Shown in pieces: positions 7,717 through 17,766 of a DNA stretch of 64,000 nt. Source of the stretch: Acidimicrobiia bacterium (GTDB lineage Bacteria > Actinomycetota > Acidimicrobiia > Spongiisociales > Spongiisociaceae). Within the stretch, counting starts at the first letter, position 1. Each line of letters begins with the position of its first letter. A program made the translations under genes and the position numbers. The notes beneath the pieces were generated by a model that ran no database searches, was not told the origin of the DNA, and was given only the letters and a program-made list of their open reading frames with translations. The stretch covers positions 82,865 through 146,864 of the forward strand of contig JBFGLM010000004.1 of NCBI GenBank assembly GCA_041576165.1. The letters are read 5' to 3'.

Positions 7717-9420
7717 ATGCCGAATCTGTACAACTCCGAACTCCAGTACCACTTCGCGCGCATGGACCTGACCGACGCGACGGCCGTGTTGGAGCACGAT
7801 TACACCGATCCGGGCGGCCCTGCTTCCTACGACGACGCCCTCGAAATGTACGAGTCGGCGTTGGGACTCGTAGGCGACATCGCCGGAAACTTCATTCAGC
7901 CCAGAGCGGCTGCCGTCGATCGTAAGGGAGCGACTCTCGCCGATGGCGTCGTGACCTATCCGCCGGAGTCCATCGAGTCCTATCGGCGGCTGTCCGACGC
8001 AGGGTTCGCCGGCGTGATCCTCCCCCGCCGCTTTGGCGGCCTCAACTTCCCCGCCTCGGTCTACGTGATGATGATCGAGATGGTATCCCAGGCGGACGCA
8101 TCTCTGATGACGCTGTTCGGGTATCAGGACATCGGAGAAGCAATCGCCCAGCTCGCACCTGAGGAAGTGGCGGCGACGTATCTCCCCGGGTATGCATCTG
8201 GAGAGGACATCGCGGCCATGGTGATGACCGAACCCGGCGCCGGGTCCGACCTTGCCAGTATCGGCTTGAAGGCCTGCCAGGATGACGAGGGACGGTGGCG
8301 TCTCAGGGGCGTCAAGCAGTTCATCTCGAACGGCAATGGCGACCTGCTCCTCGTGCTGGCACGGTCGGAAGATGACGTCGAGGGCGTCCTCGGCCTGAGC
8401 CTCTTCGCATGCCCGGGAGGTGAGCACGTACGGGTGATGCGAATAGAAGAAAAGATGGGACTGCACGGCTCCCCGACCTGCGAACTCTATTTCGACGACG
8501 CCCCGGCAGTCCTGATCGGGAAGCGCCGCCAAGGCCTGATCCACGTGCTAGCGATGCTGAACCATGCACGGTTCAGCGTGGCCGCGCAGGCGCTGGGCAT
8601 CGCCCAAGCGGCGTATGAGGACGCGCTTGCCTGGGCTCAGCAGCGCCGCCAGTTCGGCAAGACCATCATCGACATTCCGCCGGTCGCCAACATGCTCCTG
8701 GATATGGCCGCCACGCTGCAGGGGTGCCGCTCGATGTTGTACGCCGGCACCCAATGGCTCGACCTTCGCAACAAGCTGGAAGAGAAGATCGAACGGATGG
8801 AGGCGGCGCAACACACGCCGTCCTCCGAGCTACGGGCACGATTCAGGTACGCCGTCAACGTGGTGAATCTGCTGTCACCGGCCGTGAAATACCACATCAG
8901 CGAGGCGGCCAACCGTCTGTGCTACGACGCCCAACAGGTGCACGGCGGCATGGGCTACATGCGTAAGGTCTCGGCCGAGCGCTACGTGCGGGACGTCCGC
9001 GTGACGACCATCTACGAAGGCACGTCGCAGGTACTGATCGGATCGGCGCTCGAACATGTGCTCGCCGACACACTCAATGAAGAATTCGCGCGCCTGTCCG
9101 ACCTCGAAGTCCCCGAGGAGCTCGCCGACCTCGTGAAGGACGCCGAACGGATCCGCTCGAACTTCGACGCTGCGGCGGCCGAGCTGCGGGCGCGGGGCGA
9201 TGAGACATACCGGCGGGCCGCGGGCAAGGATCTGGTCGACATGTACCTCAGTGTCTACCAAGCGTATCTGCTCCTGACCGAGGCAATCGACTCGCCCCAC
9301 AAGGTTCAGGTTGCCCGTCGGTTGGTACGGGACAGCGTGGCAGAATCCGCTGCTCGCCTCGGCCGGATCGAAGCCGGGGTCTATGAGGATGTCGCTACCG
9401 CCCGTGACGTTTTGATTTGA
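7717..9420 (+). CDS. Acyl-CoA dehydrogenase with C-terminal extension
   Basis: MTEPGAGSDL, GVKQFISNG, EEKMGLHGSPTCEL, QVHGGMGYM, TIYEGTSQ. Confidence 0.93.
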   Translation: MPNLYNSELQYHFARMDLTDATAVLEHDYTDPGGPASYDDALEMYESALGLVGDIAGNFIQPRAAAVDRKGATLADGVVTYPPESIESYRRLSDAGFAGVILPRRFGGLNFPASVYVMMIEMVSQADASLMTLFGYQDIGEAIAQLAPEEVAATYLPGYASGEDIAAMVMTEPGAGSDLASIGLKACQDDEGRWRLRGVKQFISNGNGDLLLVLARSEDDVEGVLGLSLFACPGGEHVRVMRIEEKMGLHGSPTCELYFDDAPAVLIGKRRQGLIHVLAMLNHARFSVAAQALGIAQAAYEDALAWAQQRRQFGKTIIDIPPVANMLLDMAATLQGCRSMLYAGTQWLDLRNKLEEKIERMEAAQHTPSSELRARFRYAVNVVNLLSPAVKYHISEAANRLCYDAQQVHGGMGYMRKVSAERYVRDVRVTTIYEGTSQVLIGSALEHVLADTLNEEFARLSDLEVPEELADLVKDAERIRSNFDAAAAELRARGDETYRRAAGKDLVDMYLSVYQAYLLLTEAIDSPHKVQVARRLVRDSVAESAARLGRIEAGVYEDVATARDVLI

Positions 9421-9441
9421 CCGTTTCTACCGGAGAACCTG

Positions 9442-9468
9442 TGTAACACCTCGGGCCCGGTTCTCGTC
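9442..9468 (+). promoter_or_regulatory. ECF-sigma-type promoter, probably autoregulatory
   Basis: TGTAAC-N17-CGTC directly upstream of the ECF sigma gene. Confidence 0.65.
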
Positions 9469-9503
9469 TCTTCTATGACGAGAATCGGAGGCACAGGAGA
9501 CGT

Positions 9504-9977
9504 GTGGCAAGCCGTTTCAACATCGAATCGTTCTATCGCGATCACGGTGACGCAGTGTTCGCGTTCCTCGTGGCACTCACCCGCAACCGGTCTACCGCGG
9601 AGGATTTGATGCAGGACACCTTCGTCAAAGCGACCCGCACGCTGGCCGGGTTTCGAGGCGGAAGTCCCCGTGCCTGGCTGTTCGCGATAGCCCGGTCGGT
9701 CTTCATCGACCAGGTGAGACGAACCCGCGAAACAGCAGCGCTGGACGTGGATGCCGAAGCGGGGCTCGAATCTGATCTGTCGGAACGCGACGCCATCAAC
9801 CGGGCGCTGGAAGCGTTGTCGGAGCGGCAACGCAGCGCGCTGCTGCTCTCAGATCACTTGGGCATGTCCGCCCCCGAGGTTGCCGAAGTGCTGGCGATCT
9901 CGCCGGGAGCAGCCCGAGTTCTCATACACCGGGCGCGCCTCGCCTTCCGCACTGCATATGAACAGGATGACCGATGA
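9504..9977 (+). CDS. ECF RNA polymerase sigma factor
   Basis: AEDLMQDTF, AWLFAIAR, region 4 (LSERQRSALLL..EVAEVLAISPGAARVLIHRAR). Confidence 0.92.
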   Translation: MASRFNIESFYRDHGDAVFAFLVALTRNRSTAEDLMQDTFVKATRTLAGFRGGSPRAWLFAIARSVFIDQVRRTRETAALDVDAEAGLESDLSERDAINRALEALSERQRSALLLSDHLGMSAPEVAEVLAISPGAARVLIHRARLAFRTAYEQDDR

Positions 9978-11098
9978 CACACCGCGACATACAAGACCTA
10001 CTGGAGGACTTCGTGGACGAGCGGCTCGATCGCCCGACTCGCAAGTCCGTATCCGATCACCTCGCATACTGCGATGAGTGCCGCGCCGTTCTCGACGGCG
10101 TGGCGCCGGTCGATCTCGGCCCCCTCGCGGACGGGGTGTGGGATGAACGCGCCATGCGTCGGGCGGTGCGGCGATCGATTCTGCGCACGGCGTTGAATAC
10201 GGCAGGTCTGCTGCTGGTCGCGTGGCTGGTCGTGACGACTGTCTCGGCGCTGGTGGCTCAGCCACTGCTAGTCAACCGGAATGGCCGAGCCACTGCCGCT
10301 ACCGTGGCAACTGCCGACCTGGCGGTGCTGTTCAATCCCGGTACGGCAGTCGACGACTACGAGTATGACTCGGGGCTCCTGTCCCGGCGCTCGTCCGCTC
10401 ACGTGGTGATGCCGGTGGGCGCCGACCTCGTTGACGTCGGCTCGCTCGTAACTCGGATCACCCTGACGGGCTTTGGGGCGGACGACGGAGGCCCGGTCCT
10501 GCCGTTCCTGGGGCATCAGCAAGGGGGCGGGGCGGGGCTGGATGAGCACCTCCAAGCTATTGGCGACAACACAGTGGCCACCGTGGAGCTGTTCTTCGAC
10601 GACCCGCTCGACATCGAGGCAGCACAGCGGCTGGCAGACGGCCCGCACGATGTGCGTGTGGTGTGGGCCGGCTTCGCGGTCGACAGCCCCGGCGCCGCCC
10701 CGCTGCAGAACGCGACCGGACCGGCTGGATTGGGTTATGGCACTTGTGGCGCGAGCCTGATCGATCCCGACTCGCTCGGTTCGGGAGGCGGCGGCGGGAG
10801 CAGCTCCGTATTCGATCTGCCGCCATCTTTCGAGGGGGCACGCACCGAAACCCTCCGGGCGCTGGACAACCTCGTCGAGCATGGTGAGCTGATCGACGGC
10901 TTGTTCGATTCGGGCCTCACCGATGACGTTTTCGCCGCAGCGGCCGGCGAGATCGCCGAGCACGGTCGGGTGGCGTCACTTGTCGTCACCGGACCGGCAC
11001 CCGACCTCAGAGAGTTCATTGCATCGGCCGGGCCCGATTTCGGCGCCGTTCGGCAGGTCGAGTTCACCAACTGGTTCACACCCCTTTGTGGGAGATAG
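9974..11098 (+). CDS. Membrane-bound zinc-finger (ZAS) anti-sigma factor
   Basis: HLAYCDEC (HxxxCxxC), one TM helix, large external domain; ATGA overlap with the sigma gene. Confidence 0.85.
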   Translation: MTHRDIQDLLEDFVDERLDRPTRKSVSDHLAYCDECRAVLDGVAPVDLGPLADGVWDERAMRRAVRRSILRTALNTAGLLLVAWLVVTTVSALVAQPLLVNRNGRATAATVATADLAVLFNPGTAVDDYEYDSGLLSRRSSAHVVMPVGADLVDVGSLVTRITLTGFGADDGGPVLPFLGHQQGGGAGLDEHLQAIGDNTVATVELFFDDPLDIEAAQRLADGPHDVRVVWAGFAVDSPGAAPLQNATGPAGLGYGTCGASLIDPDSLGSGGGGGSSSVFDLPPSFEGARTETLRALDNLVEHGELIDGLFDSGLTDDVFAAAAGEIAEHGRVASLVVTGPAPDLREFIASAGPDFGAVRQVEFTNWFTPLCGR

Positions 11099-11105
11099 GC
11101 AAGTC

Positions 11106-11810
11106 ATGGATACGTTCACATCAATCACCCGCACCCGCCGGCTCATCTGGACCGGAATCATCATCGGTCTGGTGCTGGCAACCCTGTTCACGGTGCTGCG
11201 CATCGTGAACGCCGAGCAAGTCGATCTCACCGAAGTGCTTGGGTCGGTGGCACTCGGCGTGGCCGCGGCGTTGCCTGCGGGATTCGCCTGGCTGTCTCTC
11301 GACCGCCGGCCGGGCCTGCTTCCCATTGCCGCGATTGCGGCGCTGATCCTCGGCGTCGCCAGCGTCGTGCTGTTCGCCCCCTGGCTGATTGCCGCCGTGA
11401 TCTGGCTGGTGGCGGCTCGGGGCCGGCCACGGGACACGCGCAGTGGGTGGCGGCCGGCCGCGCACCGGGCCGGACTGGTCATTCTGGCGGTGGCGGCCTT
11501 TGCCGTGCTATTCGTGCACACCGACCCTTCGTGCACCGAGACGCTGCGCGATGGAACCGTCAACGCAGTCGACGCTGGGTCGCACGGCTTCGGGACCGGC
11601 TGGTCGTTCAACCTCACCACCTCGGGGAGCGCCACCTCCGGCGCGGGGCCGGAGGTGGCGTCCACCTTCTGCACGTCCGACCGGATCGTGGTCGGCGAGG
11701 CGCTGGCCTCCCTGGCTCTGAGCGCCGGCGCTCTGGGGCTGGCCGGGCGGTGGCCGGCGAATACCACCCGAACCGTCCCGCCGCACTCGGATACCAGAAT
11801 GGCAGTGTGA
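11106..11810 (+). CDS. Multi-pass membrane protein, unknown function
   Basis: About 6 hydrophobic segments and a Cys pair bounding an external loop; start trimmed to MDTFT. Confidence 0.7.
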   Translation: MDTFTSITRTRRLIWTGIIIGLVLATLFTVLRIVNAEQVDLTEVLGSVALGVAAALPAGFAWLSLDRRPGLLPIAAIAALILGVASVVLFAPWLIAAVIWLVAARGRPRDTRSGWRPAAHRAGLVILAVAAFAVLFVHTDPSCTETLRDGTVNAVDAGSHGFGTGWSFNLTTSGSATSGAGPEVASTFCTSDRIVVGEALASLALSAGALGLAGRWPANTTRTVPPHSDTRMAV

Positions 11811-12328
11811 AGCGCTCGCTGGCCGTTGCGGTGTTATGTGCCGCTCTCCTCGCTGGATATGGGGCTTGGGTTGCCAGTGGGCAATCCAACCCCCAGCCGG
11901 TGGGCGACGCCATCGTCGTCCATGCCGGCGGCCGGGGGGAGCGGCTCGACCACGCGCTCAATCTCATGCGAGCGGGTTCAGCCCCAACGCTTGTCATCAT
12001 GCGTGGCAGCGCTCCTACCTGGCCTCAGGCCAACGATTTGTGTGGACGCCGGGAACCGTTCGAAGTCCTCTGCCCGCCTCCCGATCCGGACACCACGATC
12101 GGCGAGGCCTTGGCGTTGCGGGACCTCGTGAACGCACGCAACTGGACATCCATCGTCGCCGTGACGTCCGACTACCACCTCCGGCGGGTGATGTACCTCG
12201 ACGCAAAATGCACGAGCGCCACCGTCGCGGGCTCGGCTGCTCCCTCCGAACTAGCACCGCCGGTGTATGCGGCCCGGGTGGCGAAGGAGATGGTGGCGAT
12301 GCTGCAGGCCGTGATCGTGTCATGTTGA
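11807..12328 (+). CDS. YdcF/DUF218 (ElyC/SanA-like) envelope protein
   Basis: N-terminal TM, DAIVVHAGG, TTIGEA, VTSDYHLRR; GTGA overlap with the previous gene. Confidence 0.8.
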   Translation: MKRSLAVAVLCAALLAGYGAWVASGQSNPQPVGDAIVVHAGGRGERLDHALNLMRAGSAPTLVIMRGSAPTWPQANDLCGRREPFEVLCPPPDPDTTIGEALALRDLVNARNWTSIVAVTSDYHLRRVMYLDAKCTSATVAGSAAPSELAPPVYAARVAKEMVAMLQAVIVSC

Positions 12329-12357
12329 CCGCTGACCGCCCGCCGGGCCGCTGTCGC

Positions 12358-14883
12358 TCAGCCCGTGGCCCCGGCCATCACTACTGAGTCCCCGGTGGTC
12401 GGATCACGATCGAGCACGATCAGATCTTCCATCCGTTGACACATCTCCGCCACGTGGCTGACCACCACCACCAAGCGGTTAGTGCCGTCGGCCACCAGCT
12501 GCTCGATGCCGTCCATGGCGAGGTCGAGATGCTCCGGATCGAGCGACCCGAAGCCTTCGTCCAGGAAGAAGGCGTCGAGCCTCCCGCCTGTGCGGCTCAC
12601 CATCTCCGCCAGCCCCAGGGCCAGCCCGAGTGACGCCAAGAATGTCTCGCCGCCCGACAAGCTGTCCGCTTTGCGCACCGAGTCGGCCGAGGTGAGGTCA
12701 ACGACCTCGAACGACCCGTCGTCGGTGAACCGGTAACGTCCCGAGGACAGCCGCTGAAAGTGGTCCGATCCGAGCTCAGCCAGCCCAGCCCGTTCTTCGT
12801 CGAGCAGGTAACGGATGAAGCGGGCGTCGGTGAGATCGCCGGCAATCCGCCGGAAGCGCTCCACGTCATCCACTGCCCGTTGGCGCGCGTCGAGGAGGTC
12901 CTCCGAGTCGGCCACGAGCTTCTCATCAGCTTGGATCGCCTCGGCCAGCATGCCGACCGCTGTCTCGGCCTCGGCTTTGGCCGCGTCGAACGTTGTCTTG
13001 ACTCCGAGCTCTGCGAAGACCTCCTTGAGCTCACGGTCGGCTTCGGCGGTGGTCGCATTGGCGCGTTCGACGTCTGCCGCCAACCGGATTGTCTCAGCAG
13101 CCCATCCCTCCCTGACTTCTCGTAACGCGGCTTCGAGGGCGGCCGGATCATCCTCGGGGGGGTCGGCGTCGGCGTTGAGGAGCGCCGCCAGTGCGCCCAG
13201 CCTGGTTCGCAGATCGCCCAAGGCTCGATCGGTTTCCTGCTCGGCCGCAATTGCCCCGTCGTGACGGCGACGCACGTCATCCCACGCCCGGCGCGCGTGC
13301 TCGGCGGCGGTTTCCAGCCGGGCGATCTCGTCGGCCAGGGCTATGCGCAGGCCGGCTGCGTCGCCCGGGCCGACGAGGTCGACGATCCGGGCGTCGACCT
13401 CGGCCAGCGCCTGAACTGCCTCCGCTTGCGCGACTGCCGACCCGGTCAGCTCGACGGTGATCTCCTCGACCCTCCGGTTGGTGTCGGAGATGGCCCTGGT
13501 CGCAGCGGCTAGGTCGGCAGTGGCGGTGGCCAGCTGCTGGTCGGCAGCCCGGAGCCTGTTTTGGGCGGCCTCGGCAGCCGCCCTGATGTCCGGCACGTCG
13601 GTCACCGGGCTCGCCTCGGCCGGCTCTGGCACCGGTTGAGCACAAACGGGGCAGGGATCGCCAGCTGCCAACCCGCTGCGCAGAGCCGCAGCCATCTCTG
13701 CATGGGTGGCGGCGTGCACCGCCGCTTCGCTCGCCTGCGCCTCAGCCCAGGCCGCGGCGCGGACGGACTCGGCATGATCTCGGGTCGCGGCCTCTCGGGC
13801 CGCCCGTTCCCCGGCCTCATCTGCCTCACCAACAGCCGCCTTCCGGCGGGCCTCTGCCTTTTGATGGTGCTGCTCGGCCAGCTCGACTTCGCGGCTGCGC
13901 ACAGCCCGCTCGGCCAGCGCCGCGTCCAGCTTCGTCAGCGTCTCGGTGTCGGCTGCGTGTGGGTCGGACCTCAAACGGTCCTCGGCGGAAACCATCTCGG
14001 AATGAGCCACCGCCAGCTGGGATGCGAGGCGGGACCGCTCCTCGCGCGCCGCCATGGCCCGGCCGAGCAGCGTATGGGTGTCCTCCGGATCTGGCATGCG
14101 CGTAGCGTGGCGCTCGAGCTCCCGGAGGCGGTCGCCAGCCGCAGTCGCTGCGCGCCCGGCCGTGGTGGCCAGCTCAGTGAGCTCCCGTACCCGGGCCTCG
14201 TGTTTTTCGATTGCGGCAAGCCGCTGCTCCGCTTCGGTGAGTTCGGTGCGGCGTTGCGCCAGCCGCACGATCGCCTGCTCAGCCTGCTCGAGGCGAAGCT
14301 GCAGCTTGTCCACCTCGAATTCGCCCGCCCGAATTCGGGACTTGGCCAGCTCCCGCATGGAGTCGATCCGTTCATGGCCAAACACACCTTTGAGCACCTT
14401 GTCGCGCTCGGCCGGACGAGCAGTGAGGAACTCGGCGAACTGGCCCTGCGCCAGCAAGACCGAACGACCGAACGCATCGAAATCAAAGCCCAGCAACGCG
14501 GCGATGCGGGCGTTGACCTCGGCCTCCTGAACGACCTTCTCGACCGGCTCGACATCGGGTTCATCCGTCTCGTAGCGGTAGAGGGCATGCTGACTGGGGC
14601 CCCGGGCGCGCAGAGACCGAACTGCCTCCCACACGTCACCGTCGACCTCAAAGCGGAGACTCACGGCCGCGCTGTCGGCCCGCTGATGGATGAGCGAACG
14701 AGTCGAACGGGCGATACGCGGCGTGCGGCCATAGAGCGCGAAGGCAATCGCATCGAGCAGTGTCGACTTGCCGCTGCCGATCGGCCCGACGATCCCGATC
14801 AGACGCCGGTCCCGGAAATCGAAGGTGAAAGCGTCGCCAAAATAGGACCTGAAGTTGCGGAGCCGGAGTTCAAGCGGTCGCAT
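12358..14883 (-). CDS. sbcC: SbcC/Rad50 SMC-like ATPase
   Basis: Walker A GPIGSGKS, Q-loop LAQGQF, zinc hook CPVC, LSGGE, FFLDEGFGSLD, VVVVSH, long coiled coils. Confidence 0.93.
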   Translation of the reverse strand: MRPLELRLRNFRSYFGDAFTFDFRDRRLIGIVGPIGSGKSTLLDAIAFALYGRTPRIARSTRSLIHQRADSAAVSLRFEVDGDVWEAVRSLRARGPSQHALYRYETDEPDVEPVEKVVQEAEVNARIAALLGFDFDAFGRSVLLAQGQFAEFLTARPAERDKVLKGVFGHERIDSMRELAKSRIRAGEFEVDKLQLRLEQAEQAIVRLAQRRTELTEAEQRLAAIEKHEARVRELTELATTAGRAATAAGDRLRELERHATRMPDPEDTHTLLGRAMAAREERSRLASQLAVAHSEMVSAEDRLRSDPHAADTETLTKLDAALAERAVRSREVELAEQHHQKAEARRKAAVGEADEAGERAAREAATRDHAESVRAAAWAEAQASEAAVHAATHAEMAAALRSGLAAGDPCPVCAQPVPEPAEASPVTDVPDIRAAAEAAQNRLRAADQQLATATADLAAATRAISDTNRRVEEITVELTGSAVAQAEAVQALAEVDARIVDLVGPGDAAGLRIALADEIARLETAAEHARRAWDDVRRRHDGAIAAEQETDRALGDLRTRLGALAALLNADADPPEDDPAALEAALREVREGWAAETIRLAADVERANATTAEADRELKEVFAELGVKTTFDAAKAEAETAVGMLAEAIQADEKLVADSEDLLDARQRAVDDVERFRRIAGDLTDARFIRYLLDEERAGLAELGSDHFQRLSSGRYRFTDDGSFEVVDLTSADSVRKADSLSGGETFLASLGLALGLAEMVSRTGGRLDAFFLDEGFGSLDPEHLDLAMDGIEQLVADGTNRLVVVVSHVAEMCQRMEDLIVLDRDPTTGDSVVMAGATG

Positions 14884-16039
14884 TCTCGACCTCTTCCAAC
14901 AGTTCGCGGAACGCGTTCACAAGGGCATCCGAGGGCTCCACCCCTTCGGCCGACAGGTAATAATCGGCGTAGTGCTCGACCAAGGTCCGCTCGGCCCGCC
15001 TCGGTAGCTCCGGTTCGGCCCTGGGATATTCCGCCCGAACCTTCACGACGTAGTCGAACTCATCCCTGGCTCTGTCGGCGAGTCCTGGGTCCGGTCCGGC
15101 CGTCTCCACGGTCAAGTCCAGATAGGACTCGTAAACGTCCTCCATCGTCAGGATGTCCTGCCAGGTACCCCGCGGACGCAGCAGCCGCCGACCCTCGGTC
15201 AGCGGCACCGACCGGACCAAAGCGGGCAGCCCCGGCTCCACATCGACGATGACCACCCGCTTCTGCTCACCCGCCTCTCCGAAGTCCAACTCGAGCAGCG
15301 AACCCGCATACTCGGCGGGAACCTGAGCGCCCGGGACCTGCTGTGGAGCATGGATGTGGCCCAACGCCACGTATTGGGGTCCGACCGGAACTGCGTCCGG
15401 CGTCGCTGCATAGGCCTCGCCCATATGCAGCTCGCGCTCTCCCCGGGGCGCACCGTGTCCGTGCACCTTGGCACCCCCGACCAGGAAATGGGCGACCAGG
15501 AACGTCACCGCGTCCGGGCCGGCCAAGGCTGTCGCGTGAGTGGAGTACGCCTCCGAGATCCGTCTGAGTCGGTCGGCGTACTTCTTGTAGTGCTCCTCCG
15601 TCGGTTCCCAGACATTGAACGCCCGGCCCTCGCGCAGGAATGGAAAGCAACTGACGACGGCCCGTCCCCCGGGCGTGTCGAGGTCCAGCACGCCGCCGTC
15701 TTCGGGCCGCTTTATGTCGCCTACCAGGTGGACGTTGCGATCAGCCAGGAATGGCCGCAGGGCCTCGAAAAGGCCCGGCGAATCGTGGTTGCCAGCGATC
15801 ACCACCACCGGTCGCCGCCCTCCATCGGTCAGCCGGACCAGGCCACTGAGCCCGATCTCGAGCGCCTCGATTGGTGGTATCGGACGGTCGAACACGTCGC
15901 CGGAATGCAGCACGAGATCGACGTCTTCGGACGCGGCCAGTTCTACGACCTCACCCAGCACCTTGCGGTACTCATCGCTGCGGTCGTAGCGGCCGATGCG
16001 CTTGCCGATATGCCAGTCGGAAGTGTGCAGTACCCGCAT
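14870..16039 (-). CDS. sbcD: SbcD/Mre11 nuclease
   Basis: HTSDWHIG, GDVFD, IAGNHDS, ALGHIH, YAGSLLELDFGE; ATG overlaps the herA stop (TGATG). Confidence 0.93.
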   Translation of the reverse strand: MRVLHTSDWHIGKRIGRYDRSDEYRKVLGEVVELAASEDVDLVLHSGDVFDRPIPPIEALEIGLSGLVRLTDGGRRPVVVIAGNHDSPGLFEALRPFLADRNVHLVGDIKRPEDGGVLDLDTPGGRAVVSCFPFLREGRAFNVWEPTEEHYKKYADRLRRISEAYSTHATALAGPDAVTFLVAHFLVGGAKVHGHGAPRGERELHMGEAYAATPDAVPVGPQYVALGHIHAPQQVPGAQVPAEYAGSLLELDFGEAGEQKRVVIVDVEPGLPALVRSVPLTEGRRLLRPRGTWQDILTMEDVYESYLDLTVETAGPDPGLADRARDEFDYVVKVRAEYPRAEPELPRRAERTLVEHYADYYLSAEGVEPSDALVNAFRELLEEVENATA

Positions 16040-17766
16040 CACAGACCCGCAAAGGCGTCGTCTTTTTCTCCGACCTCTTCCCTTCGTGTGGCCCAAGATG
16101 GGAACGGGAACGTCAGAACGAGCGGGACTGGGATGGCCGGCTGGCTCACGACCATCGTTCCCGGCTTGAGCAGGCGTGCTCGAGCCCGGGTTGACGGCAG
16201 CATCCACCCGTACTCGGCCCGCTGTGCTTCTGCCGCATCCAGCCGCCCCGCCACCCGGATGGCGGCATTCTCAATCACCTCGGGCGCCACTCGGGAGGCG
16301 GTCTGTTGGGCGCCCACCAACAGCACGCCCAGCGAGCGGCCCCGCTGGGCGATGTCGATCAGCATCTCCTTGAGCGGGCTGTGGCCCTCCCGGGGGGCGT
16401 ACTTGTTCAGCTCATCCAGGACCACGACCGACAGCGGCAACCGCTGGCCCGTCTGCTCCTTCTCCTCGAACGTCTCCTGGAGCAGGGCCCCGACGACGAA
16501 ACGCTGGGCCAGGTCGTGCAGGGACTGGATCCCGACGACCGTGACCTGAGCTTGCTTGCGGTCGATGCGCCGGCTCTCGCCGGCCCGGATCAGGTGCCCG
16601 AGGCGGGCCTGAGCGGCATAGAGGCGGCGCACAAACGCAGAGATCGTGCCCGACTGGGTTCGGCCCGACCACGCCCGGTCGGGTTCTTCTCCATCGACTG
16701 GTTCGAGGAACTCTTCCAGCGCATCGACGAGATCAGCCAAGCTCATGATGACCCGCTCTCCGGGTGCAGGGGTGGCCAGCTCCGTCGCCGGCCAGCCGCC
16801 CGGCGGTGGCTCCCGAAGCACGACCGCGCCGGGCTGGCCCGCCACGTCGACCGCCCAACGGGTCAACTGCGTTCGGACTCGCTCCTCGACGAACGACAAC
16901 TGGTTGCGGGCATCGGATGCATCGGTGAACAGGAACCGCAGAAGTCCTTCGTCGATGAACTCGCGGGGGGTCCAGGTGAATGCGGCCACACCCTCCTGGC
17001 GACCACCGGTGTCGGGTACGACAACATCACCTGACCGCCGCCGGGGGGGCGCCCAGAAGCTGACGGACTGGAATGGCACCGGCTCCACTCCCAGCGCGGA
17101 CCATGCCTGGCGGGCATCGTCATCCAGATACCGGTTGGGCTTGTCGAGCCACAACAGGTCTTCGCCCTTCACGTTGAACACCAGGATCCGCAGATTGGCC
17201 GCGCCCTCCCCCAGCACCTCGGGCCGGGCGGTCAGCATCCGCAGGAAGAACAATGCATAAGAGGTCTTGGTGGCCACCCCGCTTATGCCCGAGATCGACA
17301 TGTGGCCACCCTTGCGACCGTCGAAGAAGTCGAGGTCGGCGAAGACCGGCTGATCGTCGCGTCCGATGCCTACCGACAAAGGCCGGGCCATCTCGTCCAC
17401 ATAGAGTGCTTTGCTGCGCTCATCACCGCTGGCCCGATACACGGTCTCGCCGGGATCGGCCGCCACCCACAATTCAGGGTCGACCCGAGTCACCGCCACT
17501 TGGGCTGAACGGACCTTCTCAGCCGGGAGGATTCCGTCCTCGGCGATGCGAAACGTGTCGGACTCGAACGACGCACCCTCATAAATACCTTCGGATTCGG
17601 TCACGATGCCATAGGTGCGCACCTCACCTGCTTTGGGGACGTGGGTACGCACAACCACTAGGTCATCGAGTTGGAGGTAGTTGTCGTCGTCGAGGACGAC
17701 GCGGAACTCCTGGGTAGACGTGTGTTGCGTGCCGAGCACTCGCCCGACGGCCTGCTGCTCGCTCAC
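16039..17766 (-). CDS. herA: HerA-family DNA translocase (HAS barrel + FtsK/HerA ATPase)
   Basis: N-terminal HAS-barrel-like region, variant Walker A SGISGVATKTS, Walker B VVVLDELNKYAP, GRSLGVLLVGAQQ. Confidence 0.85.
   Translation of the reverse strand: MSEQQAVGRVLGTQHTSTQEFRVVLDDDNYLQLDDLVVVRTHVPKAGEVRTYGIVTESEGIYEGASFESDTFRIAEDGILPAEKVRSAQVAVTRVDPELWVAADPGETVYRASGDERSKALYVDEMARPLSVGIGRDDQPVFADLDFFDGRKGGHMSISGISGVATKTSYALFFLRMLTARPEVLGEGAANLRILVFNVKGEDLLWLDKPNRYLDDDARQAWSALGVEPVPFQSVSFWAPPRRRSGDVVVPDTGGRQEGVAAFTWTPREFIDEGLLRFLFTDASDARNQLSFVEERVRTQLTRWAVDVAGQPGAVVLREPPPGGWPATELATPAPGERVIMSLADLVDALEEFLEPVDGEEPDRAWSGRTQSGTISAFVRRLYAAQARLGHLIRAGESRRIDRKQAQVTVVGIQSLHDLAQRFVVGALLQETFEEKEQTGQRLPLSVVVLDELNKYAPREGHSPLKEMLIDIAQRGRSLGVLLVGAQQTASRVAPEVIENAAIRVAGRLDAAEAQRAEYGWMLPSTRARARLLKPGTMVVSQPAIPVPLVLTFPFPSWATRREEVGEKDDAFAGL

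Noticed and set aside
13561-15252. 563-aa + strand ORF and similar long overlapping ORFs (4371-5675, 29202-30578, 58674-60560)
   Set aside because: High-GC shadow frames opposite well-supported genes, with no recognisable motifs.
16039-17766. HerA as part of an anti-phage system (Sir2-HerA, HerA-DUF4297)
   Set aside because: Its partners are NurA/SbcD/SbcC with a damage-type promoter in a housekeeping neighbourhood, and there are no defence-island markers.
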